A DNA stretch of 64,000 bases from Bacilli bacterium. Lineage in GTDB: Bacteria > Bacillota_I > Bacilli_A > JBKEDG01. The notes under the pieces were generated by a model, which saw only the letters and a program-made list of their open reading frames with translations, did no database searches and was not told the DNA's origin. Positions 53,788 to 64,000 of this stretch are shown one piece after another (the stretch's first letter is position 1; each line of letters opens with the position of its first letter). A program made the translations under genes and the position numbers. The stretch lies in contig JBKEDG010000052.1 in NCBI GenBank assembly GCA_047975285.1, positions 1,415 to 65,414 on the forward strand, written 5' to 3'.

Positions 53788-54924
53788 ATGAATATAATAG
53801 GAATTATTGCTGAATATAACCCATTTCATAATGGTCACTTATATCATTTGGATTATATAAAAGAAAAGTATAAAGATAGTGTAATTATCGCTGTTGTTAG
53901 TTCAAACTTTGTACAAAGGGGAAGTATTTCAATTATATCTAAATGGGAAAAAACCAAAATATGTTTAGAATATGGAGTGGATATTGTTCTAGAATTACCA
54001 TTTGTTTTTGCTAATGAATCTGCTGATTTTTTCGCTATAAATGCTCTTAAAATTTTAAGTAATTTTAAAGTGGATACAATTATCTTTGGAAGTGAATGTG
54101 GAGATTCTTCAAGTTACACTAAGTATGCTAATATTCAACTTAATAACACCGACTATGCAAACTATGTAAAAAAAAATTTAGCTAATGGTTTTAACTTTCC
54201 AACTTCTAGTTCTTTGGCTCTTAAAGAAATTTGTGGAGAAGAAGTTAATTTACCTAATGATATTTTAGGATTAGCTTATACTAAAGCAATTATTAAAAAT
54301 AGTTATGATATTAAAATTGAAACAATAAAAAGAACAAATTCATATCATAGTTTAAGTATTAATAAAATTAGTAGTGCTACTAGTATAAGGAAAGCTATAC
54401 AATCTGGGGTAAATTATGATATTTGTGTTCCTGATTTTTCAAAAAAAATTTTAAAAAACAGTAGATTATATAGTAATGCCGATTTTTTTATTATGTTAAA
54501 ATATAAAATTATTTCTTCTACTGTTGAAGAATTAGCAGCGATTCATTTAGTAGAGGAAGGCATAGAATATCGAATAAAAAAAATGGTATCAGTATCGTAT
54601 GGGTTTGACAGTTTAGTTAAAAATATCTCTTCTAAAAGGTATACATATGCAAGAGTATCACGATTATTATTTAATATACTAATAAATTATAAAAAAAAGG
54701 ACAGAATTGATATTCAAAACCAAAATTATTTTAGAGTACTTGGTTTTAATAAGAAAGGTCAAAAATATTTAAAAATTTTAAAAAACCAAAACATTAAGTT
54801 TAGCACTAATATAAAAAATATTAATAATTACGTATCATATTTTGAATATAGAGTTAGTAGTATAATCAAAATAATTGATAGTAGTTATGAGGAAAATAAA
54901 ATAATAATAAAAGAAGAGTTATAA
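53788..54924 (+). CDS. tmcAL: tRNA(Met) cytidine acetate ligase (TmcAL/YlbM, UPF0348)
   Basis: N-terminal nucleotidyltransferase IIGIIAEYNPFHNGHLYHL (HxGH), about 380 aa, divergent from yceD-rpmF as in B. subtilis ylbM-ylbN-rpmF. Confidence 0.65.
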   Translation: MNIIGIIAEYNPFHNGHLYHLDYIKEKYKDSVIIAVVSSNFVQRGSISIISKWEKTKICLEYGVDIVLELPFVFANESADFFAINALKILSNFKVDTIIFGSECGDSSSYTKYANIQLNNTDYANYVKKNLANGFNFPTSSSLALKEICGEEVNLPNDILGLAYTKAIIKNSYDIKIETIKRTNSYHSLSINKISSATSIRKAIQSGVNYDICVPDFSKKILKNSRLYSNADFFIMLKYKIISSTVEELAAIHLVEEGIEYRIKKMVSVSYGFDSLVKNISSKRYTYARVSRLLFNILINYKKKDRIDIQNQNYFRVLGFNKKGQKYLKILKNQNIKFSTNIKNINNYVSYFEYRVSSIIKIIDSSYEENKIIIKEEL

Positions 54925-55908
54925 CTACTCTTCTTTTTCCATAAATTTATTTATCGTTTCTCTTGTTTTTTGTAATTCTTCTGGATCTAATATAAAATAT
55001 GAGCCATATCCCGCATAATTACCATACTGATATTGAGCAATACCTTTTAATTGATATGTATTAATTTTATTATCTGTTTTATTAAATAAATACATGTTGT
55101 ATAGCATGTAAGCTGCTTGTTTTGGACTAATATTGGACTTTATTTTTCCATCCACTGAATCTATGATTTTTTCTATATCGTTTATGTCTCTAATTTTCAT
55201 AATTTCTTTAATAGTATCAGAAATTATTTGACTTTGCAAAGTATTACGATTTAAATCTGAAGAATGTTGTCTACTTCTTGCAATTGCTAATGCTTGTTCA
55301 GAGTTTACTTCTTGCTTTCCAAATTGCGAAAAACATATTTGATCTACACGATTTGATGTTTGCTCACACCATTCTTGGCCATCATAAAAATCGGGGATAT
55401 TAGTTGTAATTGTACCAACTTGATCAATAATAGAAATAAATCCTGAGAAATCAAGTTTTAAATAGAAGTCTATTTCATGATTAAATAAATTGTTTAATCC
55501 ATCTAATGTACATTCAATTCCACCATAACTATGAGAATTAGTTATTTTATCAGAATATTCTCCAATGCATTTATATTGTATATAAGTATCTCGTGGGACA
55601 CTATATATACGCATTTCATTACTTTTAGCATTAATTGCCATAACATTAATTGAGTCAACTCGACTATTATATAACGTTTCATCTACTCCCAAAATTGCCA
55701 CTAAGTATGATGATGATAATACTTTGTGATCATCTGCTAAATCTTTATCATAAATTGTTTCATTATAGGTTTTAATAGTACTTTTTAAATCGTCTTCTAT
55801 AAAATATTTATAAACAGCAAATAATATTAATACAAAAAATATTATAATTATAAATAAAGCCCTAATAATTCTAAATGGAAGTCTTAATCTTCTTTTTTTC
55901 TTTTTCAT
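54925..55908 (-). CDS. LytR-CpsA-Psr (LCP) family cell-wall glycopolymer transferase
   Basis: Basic N-terminus plus single TM, INVMAINAKSNEMRIYSVPRDTYI core LCP motif. Confidence 0.7.
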   Translation of the reverse strand: MKKKKRRLRLPFRIIRALFIIIIFFVLILFAVYKYFIEDDLKSTIKTYNETIYDKDLADDHKVLSSSYLVAILGVDETLYNSRVDSINVMAINAKSNEMRIYSVPRDTYIQYKCIGEYSDKITNSHSYGGIECTLDGLNNLFNHEIDFYLKLDFSGFISIIDQVGTITTNIPDFYDGQEWCEQTSNRVDQICFSQFGKQEVNSEQALAIARSRQHSSDLNRNTLQSQIISDTIKEIMKIRDINDIEKIIDSVDGKIKSNISPKQAAYMLYNMYLFNKTDNKINTYQLKGIAQYQYGNYAGYGSYFILDPEELQKTRETINKFMEKEE

Positions 55909-56053
55909 TTTATCACCATTTTTATTATACTATATTTTTTTAAGATTTTTTAAAAAATTTAAATTAATTAATAAAATTTGCAAAAAAAAATATTTAATAT
56001 ACTATTTTAAATACATATATTTTAATGTATAATAGTTAATGGAAGGTGATATG

Positions 56054-56788
56054 ATGGGAAGAGCATTTGAAGTAAGAAAAGCTTCTATGGCTAAGACAAG
56101 TGCAGCTAAGAGTAAAGTATATGCAAAGTTTGGTAAAGAAATTTATATGGCAGCAAAAACTGGAGAACCAGATGTAGAAATGAATGTGAATTTGAAAAGG
56201 ATTGTTGAGAAAGCAAAAAGTAATCAAGTTCCATCAGATATTATAAAAAGAGCAATTGATAAAGCGAAAGGATCAAGCAAGGAAAATTATGAATCAATTT
56301 TATATGAAGGATTTGGTGCTGGTGGATCTAACTTGATGATTGAATGTTTAAGTGATAATGTTAATAGAACGATTAGTGAAGTTAGAAATTGTTTTACAAA
56401 GACTAATGGTAAACTTGGTGTTAGTGGGGCTTTGCAACATTTGTTTTCTCACGTTGCTATGTTTGTATTTAATACTTGTGTTTTAGAAGATGAAATTTTA
56501 GAAAAATTAATGGAAAATGATTTAGAATATATTGAACTTGAAGTCGAAGATGAATACATTACTATTCAATGTGAAATTGTATATTATAATTTGATGAGAA
56601 AATTAATTGAATCATTAAGAGAAGACATTAAATTTGAAGTTAGTGAAATACTTTGGTTGCCAAATTCTTATATTGAATTAGAAGCAGATGACAAGAATAA
56701 ATTTGATAAATTATTAGAAATGTTAAATGAATGTGAAGACGTTCAAGATATTTACCATAATGTGGAGAATAATGATGAAAATATTTAA
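56054..56788 (+). CDS. YebC/PmpR-family transcriptional regulator (YeeN subgroup)
   Basis: MGRAFEVRKASMAKTSAAKSKVYAKFGKEIYMAAKTGEPD N-terminus typical of YebC/YeeN; GGAAGGTG SD. Confidence 0.85.
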   Translation: MGRAFEVRKASMAKTSAAKSKVYAKFGKEIYMAAKTGEPDVEMNVNLKRIVEKAKSNQVPSDIIKRAIDKAKGSSKENYESILYEGFGAGGSNLMIECLSDNVNRTISEVRNCFTKTNGKLGVSGALQHLFSHVAMFVFNTCVLEDEILEKLMENDLEYIELEVEDEYITIQCEIVYYNLMRKLIESLREDIKFEVSEILWLPNSYIELEADDKNKFDKLLEMLNECEDVQDIYHNVENNDENI

Positions 56789-57506
56789 AAATAAACTTAC
56801 ATACATTATAATAGTATTTTTAGGTTTGGTTATTTCTATGCTGTTATTTGCCAATTATGTTATTAAAGATATAAAGGGAAATAAATCGGAAGAAAAAGTA
56901 GAAAATATTATAGAAAAGGAATTTGAAAACTTTATTTTATATGCTGATTCTAGTGACTATCAAAGAACACTATTTGCAGAGTTAGAGGAATATTATTATA
57001 CTGGAGATGTTGAAGCAGATAAAGAATTAAAATATGTTGATATTTACGCTAAAAACTATATTGCAGATTATGTAACTTTAGGTTCTAAAAAACCTAAAGT
57101 TAATCGTGTTGGTGGGAAACAATTTTTAGTTGATGCTTTGCAGATCCATTATGAAGAATTAGATGGCGTAGCTGATTATTATCTATCTAGAGATTATTAT
57201 ATTGATAGCAACCCTAAAACATATAAGGATACTTTACCAGATGTAAAGAACTTAGAATTAATTTCAAGTAAAGAGCAAACTTATGATTATTACGACATTA
57301 GTGGTAAGAATAAAGAAAAAATAGGTATGAATGCTTATGCTTTGACATATAATATTGAATACAATGAAATTGCCAATGCTAAGCAAGATTTTCAACTATT
57401 TGATAAAATTAAAGTTATTGTTGTAGATTGGGATGGTGTTTGGACTGTTGTAGAAGTGCAAACTAATCTATATCAAGAAGTACCAACTGTTATTGAAATG
57501 AAATAA
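56775..57506 (+). CDS. Hypothetical membrane-anchored protein
   Basis: GGAGAA SD, start MKIFKNK.. overlapping the yebC-family stop; one N-terminal TM then acidic/aromatic-rich soluble domain; no motif. Confidence 0.4.
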   Translation: MKIFKNKLTYIIIVFLGLVISMLLFANYVIKDIKGNKSEEKVENIIEKEFENFILYADSSDYQRTLFAELEEYYYTGDVEADKELKYVDIYAKNYIADYVTLGSKKPKVNRVGGKQFLVDALQIHYEELDGVADYYLSRDYYIDSNPKTYKDTLPDVKNLELISSKEQTYDYYDISGKNKEKIGMNAYALTYNIEYNEIANAKQDFQLFDKIKVIVVDWDGVWTVVEVQTNLYQEVPTVIEMK

Positions 57507-57521
57507 ATTATGGAGGCTATT

Positions 57522-58550
57522 ATGAATATAAAACCAGTAACATTTGAATTTATGAGAGTTACAGAATGTGGTGCAATTGCTGCATATCAATCAATAGGGT
57601 TATGTGATAAGAATTTAGCAGATCAGTTAGCAGTTAAAGCTATGCGTATAATGCTAAATGACATATCAATTGATGGTGAAATTGTGATTGGAGAAGGTGA
57701 AATGGATGAAGCACCTATGCTTTATAAAGGTGAAAAAGTTGGTAAAAGTGGATTGAAAATTGATATAGCAGTAGATCCAGTTGATGGTACTAGTAATGTT
57801 AGTGTTGGACGCGGAAACTCTGTTTCTGTTTTAGCAGCAGCAGAAAAAGGATGCTTATTAAAAGCACCAGATATGTATATGCTTAAAATTGCTGTTGGTA
57901 GAAAAGCAGCAAACGCTGTAGATATTTCTAAATCACTTACTGAAAATATTAAAGAAGTTGCTAAAGCATTAGACAAGAACATTAACGATATTGGAGTTGC
58001 AATGCTTGAGCGTGATAGACATTTAAAGTTTGCTGATGAAGTTAGAAAAATTGGAGCAAAATTATTTTATTTTCCTGATGGAGATGTTGCAACAGCTGTA
58101 CAAACATGTATGCCAAATAGTGATATTGATATTATGTATGGATATGGCGGGGCACCAGAAGGTGTAATTGCAGCAGCAGCATTAAAAGCTTTAGGTGGAA
58201 ATTTTGAAGGTGTTTTGGTGCATTATGATCAAATGTGGCCTGATGATGAAGAATCTACTGATTTTACTGCTAATGAAAAAAAGCAATTAAAAGAATTAAG
58301 TGTAAATGTTGGTGACATTTTAAAACTAGACGACTTAGTTATAGGTGAAGATTTTGTGTTTTCATGTACAGGTATTACAAAAGGTGATCTTGTTGATGGT
58401 ATTTATATTGATGATGGTATCTTATATACCGAAACTCTATTGATTCGTGGAAAAACTCAAACTATAAGAAAAATTAAATCGGGACATTTAATTGAAAAAA
58501 AACCGGATGAATTAAGAGAAACTTTCGAATATGTTAAAAGACAGATATAA
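57522..58550 (+). CDS. glpX: Fructose-1,6-bisphosphatase class II
   Basis: FEFMRVTECGAIAAYQSIGLCDKNLADQLAVKAMR..IVIGEGEMDEAPMLYKGEKVG matches GlpX almost position for position. Confidence 0.85.
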   Translation: MNIKPVTFEFMRVTECGAIAAYQSIGLCDKNLADQLAVKAMRIMLNDISIDGEIVIGEGEMDEAPMLYKGEKVGKSGLKIDIAVDPVDGTSNVSVGRGNSVSVLAAAEKGCLLKAPDMYMLKIAVGRKAANAVDISKSLTENIKEVAKALDKNINDIGVAMLERDRHLKFADEVRKIGAKLFYFPDGDVATAVQTCMPNSDIDIMYGYGGAPEGVIAAAALKALGGNFEGVLVHYDQMWPDDEESTDFTANEKKQLKELSVNVGDILKLDDLVIGEDFVFSCTGITKGDLVDGIYIDDGILYTETLLIRGKTQTIRKIKSGHLIEKKPDELRETFEYVKRQI

Positions 58551-58680
58551 TTAAAATAATGTTTTATTAATCCATAAATGTATTTTAGACAAATCATGTT
58601 TATGGATTTTAATTATATTTGTAAAATCATGAAATTTTTATCATTTATGGTATAAAAAATGTCAAACTACAAAAAAATAT

Positions 58681-58802
58681 TGACAATTAAGTTGTTATGT
58701 AGTATCATTATTAAGTAATGTAACCTTTTGGTTACAAACCGTACAGCAAAGGTTTAAGCGTAGCACCTTAATGGCGAGTCTTGACAAAAAGGAGGAGAAA
58801 AT
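58681..58802 (+). promoter_or_regulatory. rplU promoter plus structured 5' leader (candidate L21-leader-type ribosomal autoregulatory element)
   Basis: TTGACA-17-TATCAT promoter; leader with GTAACC-TTTT-GGTTAC and AAACC-loop-GGTTT hairpins, GC-richer than flanks, about 95 nt before the RBS AAAGGAGGAG. Confidence 0.35.
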
Positions 58803-59102
58803 ATGTTTGCAATTATTCAAACTGGTGGAAAACAATACAAAGTTTCTGAAGGAGATACTATATACATTGAAAAATTAAATGTTAAAGATGGTAAGAAAGT
58901 AACTTTTGAAAATGTTTTAATGGCTGGAGATAAGATTGGTACACCATTAGTAGATGGTGCAGTTGTTGAAGGTGTTGTTTCTAAACATGGTAAAAATAAA
59001 AAAATTATTGTATTTAAGCACAAAGCTAAAAAAGGATACAAGAGAAAACAAGGACACAGACAACCTTATACTAAAGTGGAAATTAAAAAAATTAAGGCAT
59101 AA
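58803..59102 (+). CDS. rplU: 50S ribosomal protein L21
   Basis: [18 protein letters not shown].. Confidence 0.95.
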   Translation: MFAIIQTGGKQYKVSEGDTIYIEKLNVKDGKKVTFENVLMAGDKIGTPLVDGAVVEGVVSKHGKNKKIIVFKHKAKKGYKRKQGHRQPYTKVEIKKIKA

Positions 59103-59104
59103 TA

Positions 59105-59422
59105 ATGATTGAAATTGAAATATCTAGAGTTAATTATATTAATAGTTTTGAGGTTAAAGGCCATGCAAATTATTTAGAATACGGAAAAGATATTGTATGT
59201 GCTAGTGTGAGTTCAATGACAATTTTTGCTTTTAATTTATGTTTGGAACTCAATAAAAATGTTAAATATGAGCAAGAAAATGGTTATTTAAAACTTAGAG
59301 TAAATGAGTATTTTGAAAATGTAGATATTGTATTAAATAGATTATCTTCTATGTTAGATGAATTAAGAATACAGTATCCAGAATATATATCAATTGTTGA
59401 TGGAGGTGAAAATGATGATTAA
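59105..59422 (+). CDS. prp: Ribosomal-processing cysteine protease Prp (DUF464)
   Basis: Between rplU and rpmA; H/C catalytic context KGHANY...VCASVSSM. Confidence 0.8.
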   Translation: MIEIEISRVNYINSFEVKGHANYLEYGKDIVCASVSSMTIFAFNLCLELNKNVKYEQENGYLKLRVNEYFENVDIVLNRLSSMLDELRIQYPEYISIVDGGENDD

Positions 59423-59693
59423 ACTTAATATACAGTTATTTGCATCAAAAAAAGGTGTAGGTTCTACAAAAAATGGACGTGATTCTCATTCAAAGAGATT
59501 AGGTGCAAAAATGTCTGATGGGCAATTTGCCAAAGCAGGGTCAATTTTATATCGTCAAAGAGGAACAAAGATACACCCAGGTATAAATGTAGGACGTGGT
59601 GGAGATGACACACTTTTTTCTAAAGTAAGTGGTGTTGTTAAATATGAAACTGTTGGTAAAAACAAGAAACAAGTAAGTGTTTATACACAATAA
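59412..59693 (+). CDS. rpmA: 50S ribosomal protein L27 with cleavable N-terminal extension
   Basis: [25 protein letters not shown]: extension ending at the F/A Prp cleavage site; GGAGGTG SD. Confidence 0.9.
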   Translation: MMIKLNIQLFASKKGVGSTKNGRDSHSKRLGAKMSDGQFAKAGSILYRQRGTKIHPGINVGRGGDDTLFSKVSGVVKYETVGKNKKQVSVYTQ

Positions 59694-59714
59694 AAGAGCA
59701 AAGCTCTTTTTTAA
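59692..59714 (+). terminator. Intrinsic terminator after rpmA
   Basis: AAGAGC-AAA-GCTCTT then TTTT. Confidence 0.55.
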
Positions 59715-59741
59715 TTTAATATAGAATTTGAGTGGTGAAGT

Positions 59742-61016
59742 ATGTTTGTAGATTATGTAAAAATTAATGTTAAAGCTGGAAACGGTGGAAATGGATGTGT
59801 TGCTTTTAGAAGAGAGAAATACGTTCCATTTGGTGGTCCTGCTGGTGGAAATGGCGGAAATGGTGGAGATGTCATTTTTGTTGCTGATGAAGGAAAAAGT
59901 ACATTAGTAGATTTAAGATATAATTCTTTGGTCAAGGCTTCTAATGGGGCAAATGGATTAGGAAGCAGTATGCATGGTAAGAATAGTGATAATACATATA
60001 TAAGTGTACCTGTGGGGACAATAGTAAAAGATATAAAAAGTAACAAAGTTATAGCTGATCTTGTTGAACATGGTCAAAGTTGCATTATATGTAAAGGTGG
60101 TCGTGGTGGAAGAGGTAATAAATTTTTTAAAAGTAATAGTAACAAAGCTCCTAAGATTAGTGAAAATGGAGAGTTTGGTGAAAACAAAGATGTAATAGTT
60201 GAATTAAAATTACTTGCTGATGTTGGAATTATTGGATTACCAAATGTAGGGAAATCAACTTTTATTTCAATGGTAACTAATGTTAAACCCAAAATTGCAA
60301 ATTATCCTTTCACTACAATTATACCAAATTTAGGAGTAGCCAGAACTCTAGATTCTCGTGAGTTTGTAATTGCTGATATGCCAGGGTTGATTGAGGGAGC
60401 AAGTGATGGAAGAGGTTTAGGACATCAATTTTTAAAACATATTGAAAGAACTTCAGTTTTATGTCATATTGTAGACATGAGTGCTGTTGATCCTGTTGAT
60501 AATTATTTGAAAATAAATTCAGAGTTGAGTAAGTATGATTCAACATTAATGAATAGACCACAAATTGTACTTGCTAATAAAATGGATATTGAAAATGCAA
60601 AAGATAATTTAAAAAGATTTAAAAAAGAGATTACTGATGTGGAAATTTTTGAAACAATTGCTATAGTTAAAAAAGGGTTAGATTCTGTAATTTTTAAACT
60701 TGCTGATCTTGTTGATAAAACACCAAAATTTTATGGTTCACTTGATGAAAATAATTTAGAAAATCATGTTAAATATACTTTTGAAAAAGTTGAAGATAAT
60801 TTTGAAATTAACAAACTAGACAAAGGACTTTTTGAGATAAGTGGAAATAAAATTGAAAAAATATTCTTAAAAACAAACTTTGACCAAGAAGATTCAATAT
60901 TAAAATTTGCATCAACGCTTCGTAGAATGGGAATAGAGGATGAACTTAGAAAACTAGGATGTATAGATGGTGATACTGTTAGAATAATGAATTTTGAGTT
61001 TGAAATGCATGATTAG
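59742..61016 (+). CDS. obg: GTPase Obg/CgtA
   Basis: Gly-rich Obg fold (GGNGGNGG), G domain GLPNVGKST, C-terminal OCT/TGS domain. Confidence 0.95.
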   Translation: MFVDYVKINVKAGNGGNGCVAFRREKYVPFGGPAGGNGGNGGDVIFVADEGKSTLVDLRYNSLVKASNGANGLGSSMHGKNSDNTYISVPVGTIVKDIKSNKVIADLVEHGQSCIICKGGRGGRGNKFFKSNSNKAPKISENGEFGENKDVIVELKLLADVGIIGLPNVGKSTFISMVTNVKPKIANYPFTTIIPNLGVARTLDSREFVIADMPGLIEGASDGRGLGHQFLKHIERTSVLCHIVDMSAVDPVDNYLKINSELSKYDSTLMNRPQIVLANKMDIENAKDNLKRFKKEITDVEIFETIAIVKKGLDSVIFKLADLVDKTPKFYGSLDENNLENHVKYTFEKVEDNFEINKLDKGLFEISGNKIEKIFLKTNFDQEDSILKFASTLRRMGIEDELRKLGCIDGDTVRIMNFEFEMHD

Positions 61017-61025
61017 GAGGTATGA

Positions 61026-61748
61026 ATGAGTATTTTAGAGTATAAAAACTATCTTGTAAATTGGCTGAAAGAATGTGTTGAAGAAGCAAATGCTTCAGGT
61101 TTAGTTGTTGGAATAAGTGGTGGTATTGATAGTGCATTAGTTGCTAATTTAATTAAAGAAGCTACTAATGATAATTATTTAGGAATTATCATTCCAATTG
61201 AGACCGATAACATCGATTTAATAGATGCTCATGAGTTAGTTACAAATTGTGAGTTGAATCATATAGAGTTAACTTTAGATTCTGTTTTTAATAGTTTTAA
61301 AAATGTATATGATTACAAAAAATCAAATAGTTTATCCAATATCAAGGCTAGAATTAGAATGACTCAGCTTTATGCAATTGCAAGTGAACACAATTATTTA
61401 GTTGTTGGTACAGATAATAAATGTGAATGGTATACAGGGTTTTTCACAAAATATGGTGATGGTGGTGTTGATATTGCTCCACTTATTCATTTAAATAAAT
61501 CGGAAGTATATGAGATGGCGAAATTATACAATATTCCAAAATCTATACTGGAAAAAAAACCTAGTGCAGGTCTTGGTTCCAATCTAACAGATGAAGAGGA
61601 AATGGGAGTTAAATATGAAACTTTAGACAAGTTTTTACGTGGAGAAAGCGTGGATAAAAATTCAACTTCTATAATAAATAAACTACATTTACAGTCTGAA
61701 CATAAGCGTGTAGGGATAAAATTTCCCAATGTAGATATAGAAAGATAA
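61026..61748 (+). CDS. nadE: NH3-dependent NAD+ synthetase
   Basis: PP-loop VVGISGGIDSAL, 240 aa. Confidence 0.85.
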   Translation: MSILEYKNYLVNWLKECVEEANASGLVVGISGGIDSALVANLIKEATNDNYLGIIIPIETDNIDLIDAHELVTNCELNHIELTLDSVFNSFKNVYDYKKSNSLSNIKARIRMTQLYAIASEHNYLVVGTDNKCEWYTGFFTKYGDGGVDIAPLIHLNKSEVYEMAKLYNIPKSILEKKPSAGLGSNLTDEEEMGVKYETLDKFLRGESVDKNSTSIINKLHLQSEHKRVGIKFPNVDIER

Positions 61749-61792
61749 ATAAATTTTATATTTAAAGATATAATGGCTAAGAGGTGATTTAT

Positions 61793-63058
61793 ATGAAATT
61801 TAATAGTTGTAACTTGAGTCAAAAGATGTTGGATACTCTTAATGATCTCAAGATTATAGAAATGACTAAAATACAAGAGGAAGTGATTCCACTTGCATTG
61901 AAAAATAAGAATGTTGTTGGAATTAGTGATACAGGAAGTGGAAAAACATATGCTTTCTTAATTCCAATAATAGAAAAAATTGATGTTAATATTAAAGAAG
62001 TTCAAGCAGTTATAATTTCACCTACGAGAGAACTTGCAACGCAATTATATTATGTATGTTTAGAATTAGTTAATAATTATAATTCTGAAATTAAAGTAGG
62101 AAAATTTGTTGGTGGTAGTGATAAAAAAACGTCTAAATTAACTAGTCAAATTGTTATTGGAACCCCTGGAAGACTTCATGATTTGTTTATAAAAGAAAAT
62201 TTACTAAGAATTGATCAAACAAGAACTTTAGTTATTGATGAAGCTGATATGGTATTTGAGGATAATTATATCCATAGTATTGATGAAATTAAAGGTAAAT
62301 TAACTAAAAATGATATTTTATATATGGTATTTTCGGCAACGATTAATTCAAATTTAAGTTCTTTTTTAAAAAAATATTTAAAAAATACGAAGATTATTGA
62401 TTGTAGCACTGTTAAAGGAATTAATTCAAATGTTATGCATATACTTATTAAATCCAAGTATGATAGAAAAGATCAAAAGTTATTAGAAATTCTTCAAAGT
62501 ATTAATCCTTATACTTGTCTTATTTTTGCAAGTAAAAAAACCGAAGTTGATCGCCTTTATAATCTTCTTAGTAATTATGGTTATAAAGTAGGAATGATAC
62601 ATGGGAATATGCAACCTAGGCAGAGAAATCGTGTTATGAAAGATATGTTGAATGATCGTTATCAATACTTGGTTGCAAGTGATATTGCAAGTAGGGGAAT
62701 TGATTTAGAAATGGTTACTCATGTCATTAGTTATGACTTACCATCGGAACTTATTTTTTATTCTCACCGAAGTGGAAGAACAGGAAGATTTAATTCAAAT
62801 GGAATTTCTATTCTGTTGTATGATGAAAAAGATTTAGTTTCAATTAATAAAATTCAAAAAACGGGGATAGATTTTAAATATTATCATATTATAAAAAATG
62901 AGCTAGTTGAAAAGAAAGAATTCTTTTTTAAAAAAAATAAAAAGGGGTTAGATGTTATTATTACTAATAAAGAAAGAAAAGTAAAACCAGGATATAAGAA
63001 AAAACAGAAAGATAAGTTTGATAAAGCTAAAAAAAAATCAAATAGAAAAGTAAGGTGA
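61793..63058 (+). CDS. DEAD-box ATP-dependent RNA helicase (CshB-like) with basic C-terminal tail
   Basis: SDTGSGKT, DEAD (VIDEADMVF), SAT, HRSGRTGR; Lys-rich tail; AGAGGTG SD before ATG 61793; followed by nfo as B. subtilis cshB-nfo. Confidence 0.85.
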   Translation: MKFNSCNLSQKMLDTLNDLKIIEMTKIQEEVIPLALKNKNVVGISDTGSGKTYAFLIPIIEKIDVNIKEVQAVIISPTRELATQLYYVCLELVNNYNSEIKVGKFVGGSDKKTSKLTSQIVIGTPGRLHDLFIKENLLRIDQTRTLVIDEADMVFEDNYIHSIDEIKGKLTKNDILYMVFSATINSNLSSFLKKYLKNTKIIDCSTVKGINSNVMHILIKSKYDRKDQKLLEILQSINPYTCLIFASKKTEVDRLYNLLSNYGYKVGMIHGNMQPRQRNRVMKDMLNDRYQYLVASDIASRGIDLEMVTHVISYDLPSELIFYSHRSGRTGRFNSNGISILLYDEKDLVSINKIQKTGIDFKYYHIIKNELVEKKEFFFKKNKKGLDVIITNKERKVKPGYKKKQKDKFDKAKKKSNRKVR

Positions 63059-63061
63059 AAA

Positions 63062-63970
63062 ATGTTGATAATTGGTAGTCATGTAAGCTGTAGTGGAAAA
63101 GAAATGCTTTTGGGTAGTGTTGAAGAAGCTATATCGTATAATGCTAATACATTTATGTTTTATACAGGTGCACCTCAAAATACTAAAAGAAAAAGAATTG
63201 ATGAGTTTAATGTATCTAAAGCAAAAGAATTGATGAGTTTAAATGGTATTGATTTTAATAATATAATTGTTCATGCTCCCTATATAATTAATCTTGCAAA
63301 TACTACAAATATAAAAACGTTTGAGCTTGCAGTAGAATTTTTAAAAAAAGAAATTATAAGGTGTGAAAAAATTGGAATAAAAACGATTGTTTTACATCCT
63401 GGGAGCCATGTCAATAAGGGAAGTGACGTAGGTATTAAGCGTATTATAGAGGGATTGAATTTGGTTTTAAGAGAGAACCAAACTGTTAGTATTGCTATTG
63501 AAACAATGAGTGGAAAAGGAAGTGAATGTGGTTGCACATTTGAAGAAATAGCTCAAATTATTGATGGTGTAAAGTTAAATCATTTACTAAAAGTTTGTTT
63601 AGATACTTGTCACTTAAATGACGCAGGTTACGACATAGTTAATGATTTAGATAATGTAATTGATAAATTTGATAAAATAATTGGTTTAGATAAAATTTCT
63701 GTGATTCATGTAAATGATAGTAAAAATATCTTAGGAGCAAAAAAAGATCGTCATGAGAATATTGGATATGGAACTATTGGATTCGACGCATTACTTAAAA
63801 TAATTTATCATCCTAGTTTTAATAATATTCCAATGATTTTAGAAACTCCATACATTGATAATGGAAGTGATAGCAAACTTAAATATTCACCATACAAGTA
63901 CGAGATAGCAATGATTAAAAATAAATGTTTTGATGAATCTTTAAAAAAAAAGGTAATTCTTGATGAATAA
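63062..63970 (+). CDS. nfo: Endonuclease IV
   Basis: MLIIGSHVS.., TIM-barrel AP endonuclease 2 metal-ligand pattern (HAPY, LHPG, ETM, CLDTCH, HVNDS). Confidence 0.9.
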   Translation: MLIIGSHVSCSGKEMLLGSVEEAISYNANTFMFYTGAPQNTKRKRIDEFNVSKAKELMSLNGIDFNNIIVHAPYIINLANTTNIKTFELAVEFLKKEIIRCEKIGIKTIVLHPGSHVNKGSDVGIKRIIEGLNLVLRENQTVSIAIETMSGKGSECGCTFEEIAQIIDGVKLNHLLKVCLDTCHLNDAGYDIVNDLDNVIDKFDKIIGLDKISVIHVNDSKNILGAKKDRHENIGYGTIGFDALLKIIYHPSFNNIPMILETPYIDNGSDSKLKYSPYKYEIAMIKNKCFDESLKKKVILDE

Positions 63971-64000
63971 TTTTAAAGCCACTCGCAGATTCATTTGTTC

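Noticed and set aside
56036-63537. Antisense ORFs 56036-56227, 57722-57982, 58817-59041, 59753-60046, 60074-60292, 60319-60561, 61487-61876, 62266-62457, 62483-62665 and 63280-63537
   Set aside because: These are antisense to yebC, glpX, rplU, obg, nadE, the helicase gene and nfo. For example, the Pro/Phe-rich 59753-60046 translation is simply the reverse complement of Obg's Gly-rich GGNGG repeats.

Overview
This window is a strongly AT-rich, gene-dense chromosomal segment that uses the standard bacterial genetic code; TGA is used as a stop and never read as Trp. Gene content and order point to a low-GC, walled Bacillota of Bacilli/Erysipelotrichia type. The supporting synteny includes rpiB-upp-atpIBEFHAGDC, cmk-der-gpsA, ybeY-cdd-era-recO, tmcAL/yceD-rpmF, rplU-prp-rpmA-obg and rpsD<>ezrA-csd-thiI, together with an LCP protein and an L27 N-terminal extension with Prp. 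About 60 protein genes lie mostly on the + strand and are overwhelmingly core housekeeping: the F1Fo ATP synthase operon, Met/Asn/Lys/Phe tRNA synthetases, MutS2, a class II AdoCbl ribonucleotide reductase (NrdJ), PPDK with its regulatory kinase, purA, folD, Obg, Era, Der and ribosomal proteins S4/L21/L27/L32. No rRNA, tRNA, CRISPR array, transposase, integrase or recognisable defence or toxin module was found, and I did not identify a convincing novel multi-gene system. The most informative non-coding signals are the clearest: a cobalamin riboswitch heading a btuFCD plus PduO-type adenosyltransferase operon on the minus strand, which ties in with nrdJ about 20 kb away, and a T-box leader upstream of asnS. 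A probable T-box upstream of pheST, a candidate L21-leader-like structure before rplU, and a possible S4 autoregulatory leader before rpsD are weaker calls. A handful of uncharacterised membrane or acidic proteins are flagged for follow-up: 1394-2824, 3454-4187, 8414-10054, 42064-42810 and 56775-57506. Many listed ORFs that lie antisense within well-supported genes are rejected as AT-rich frame artefacts.
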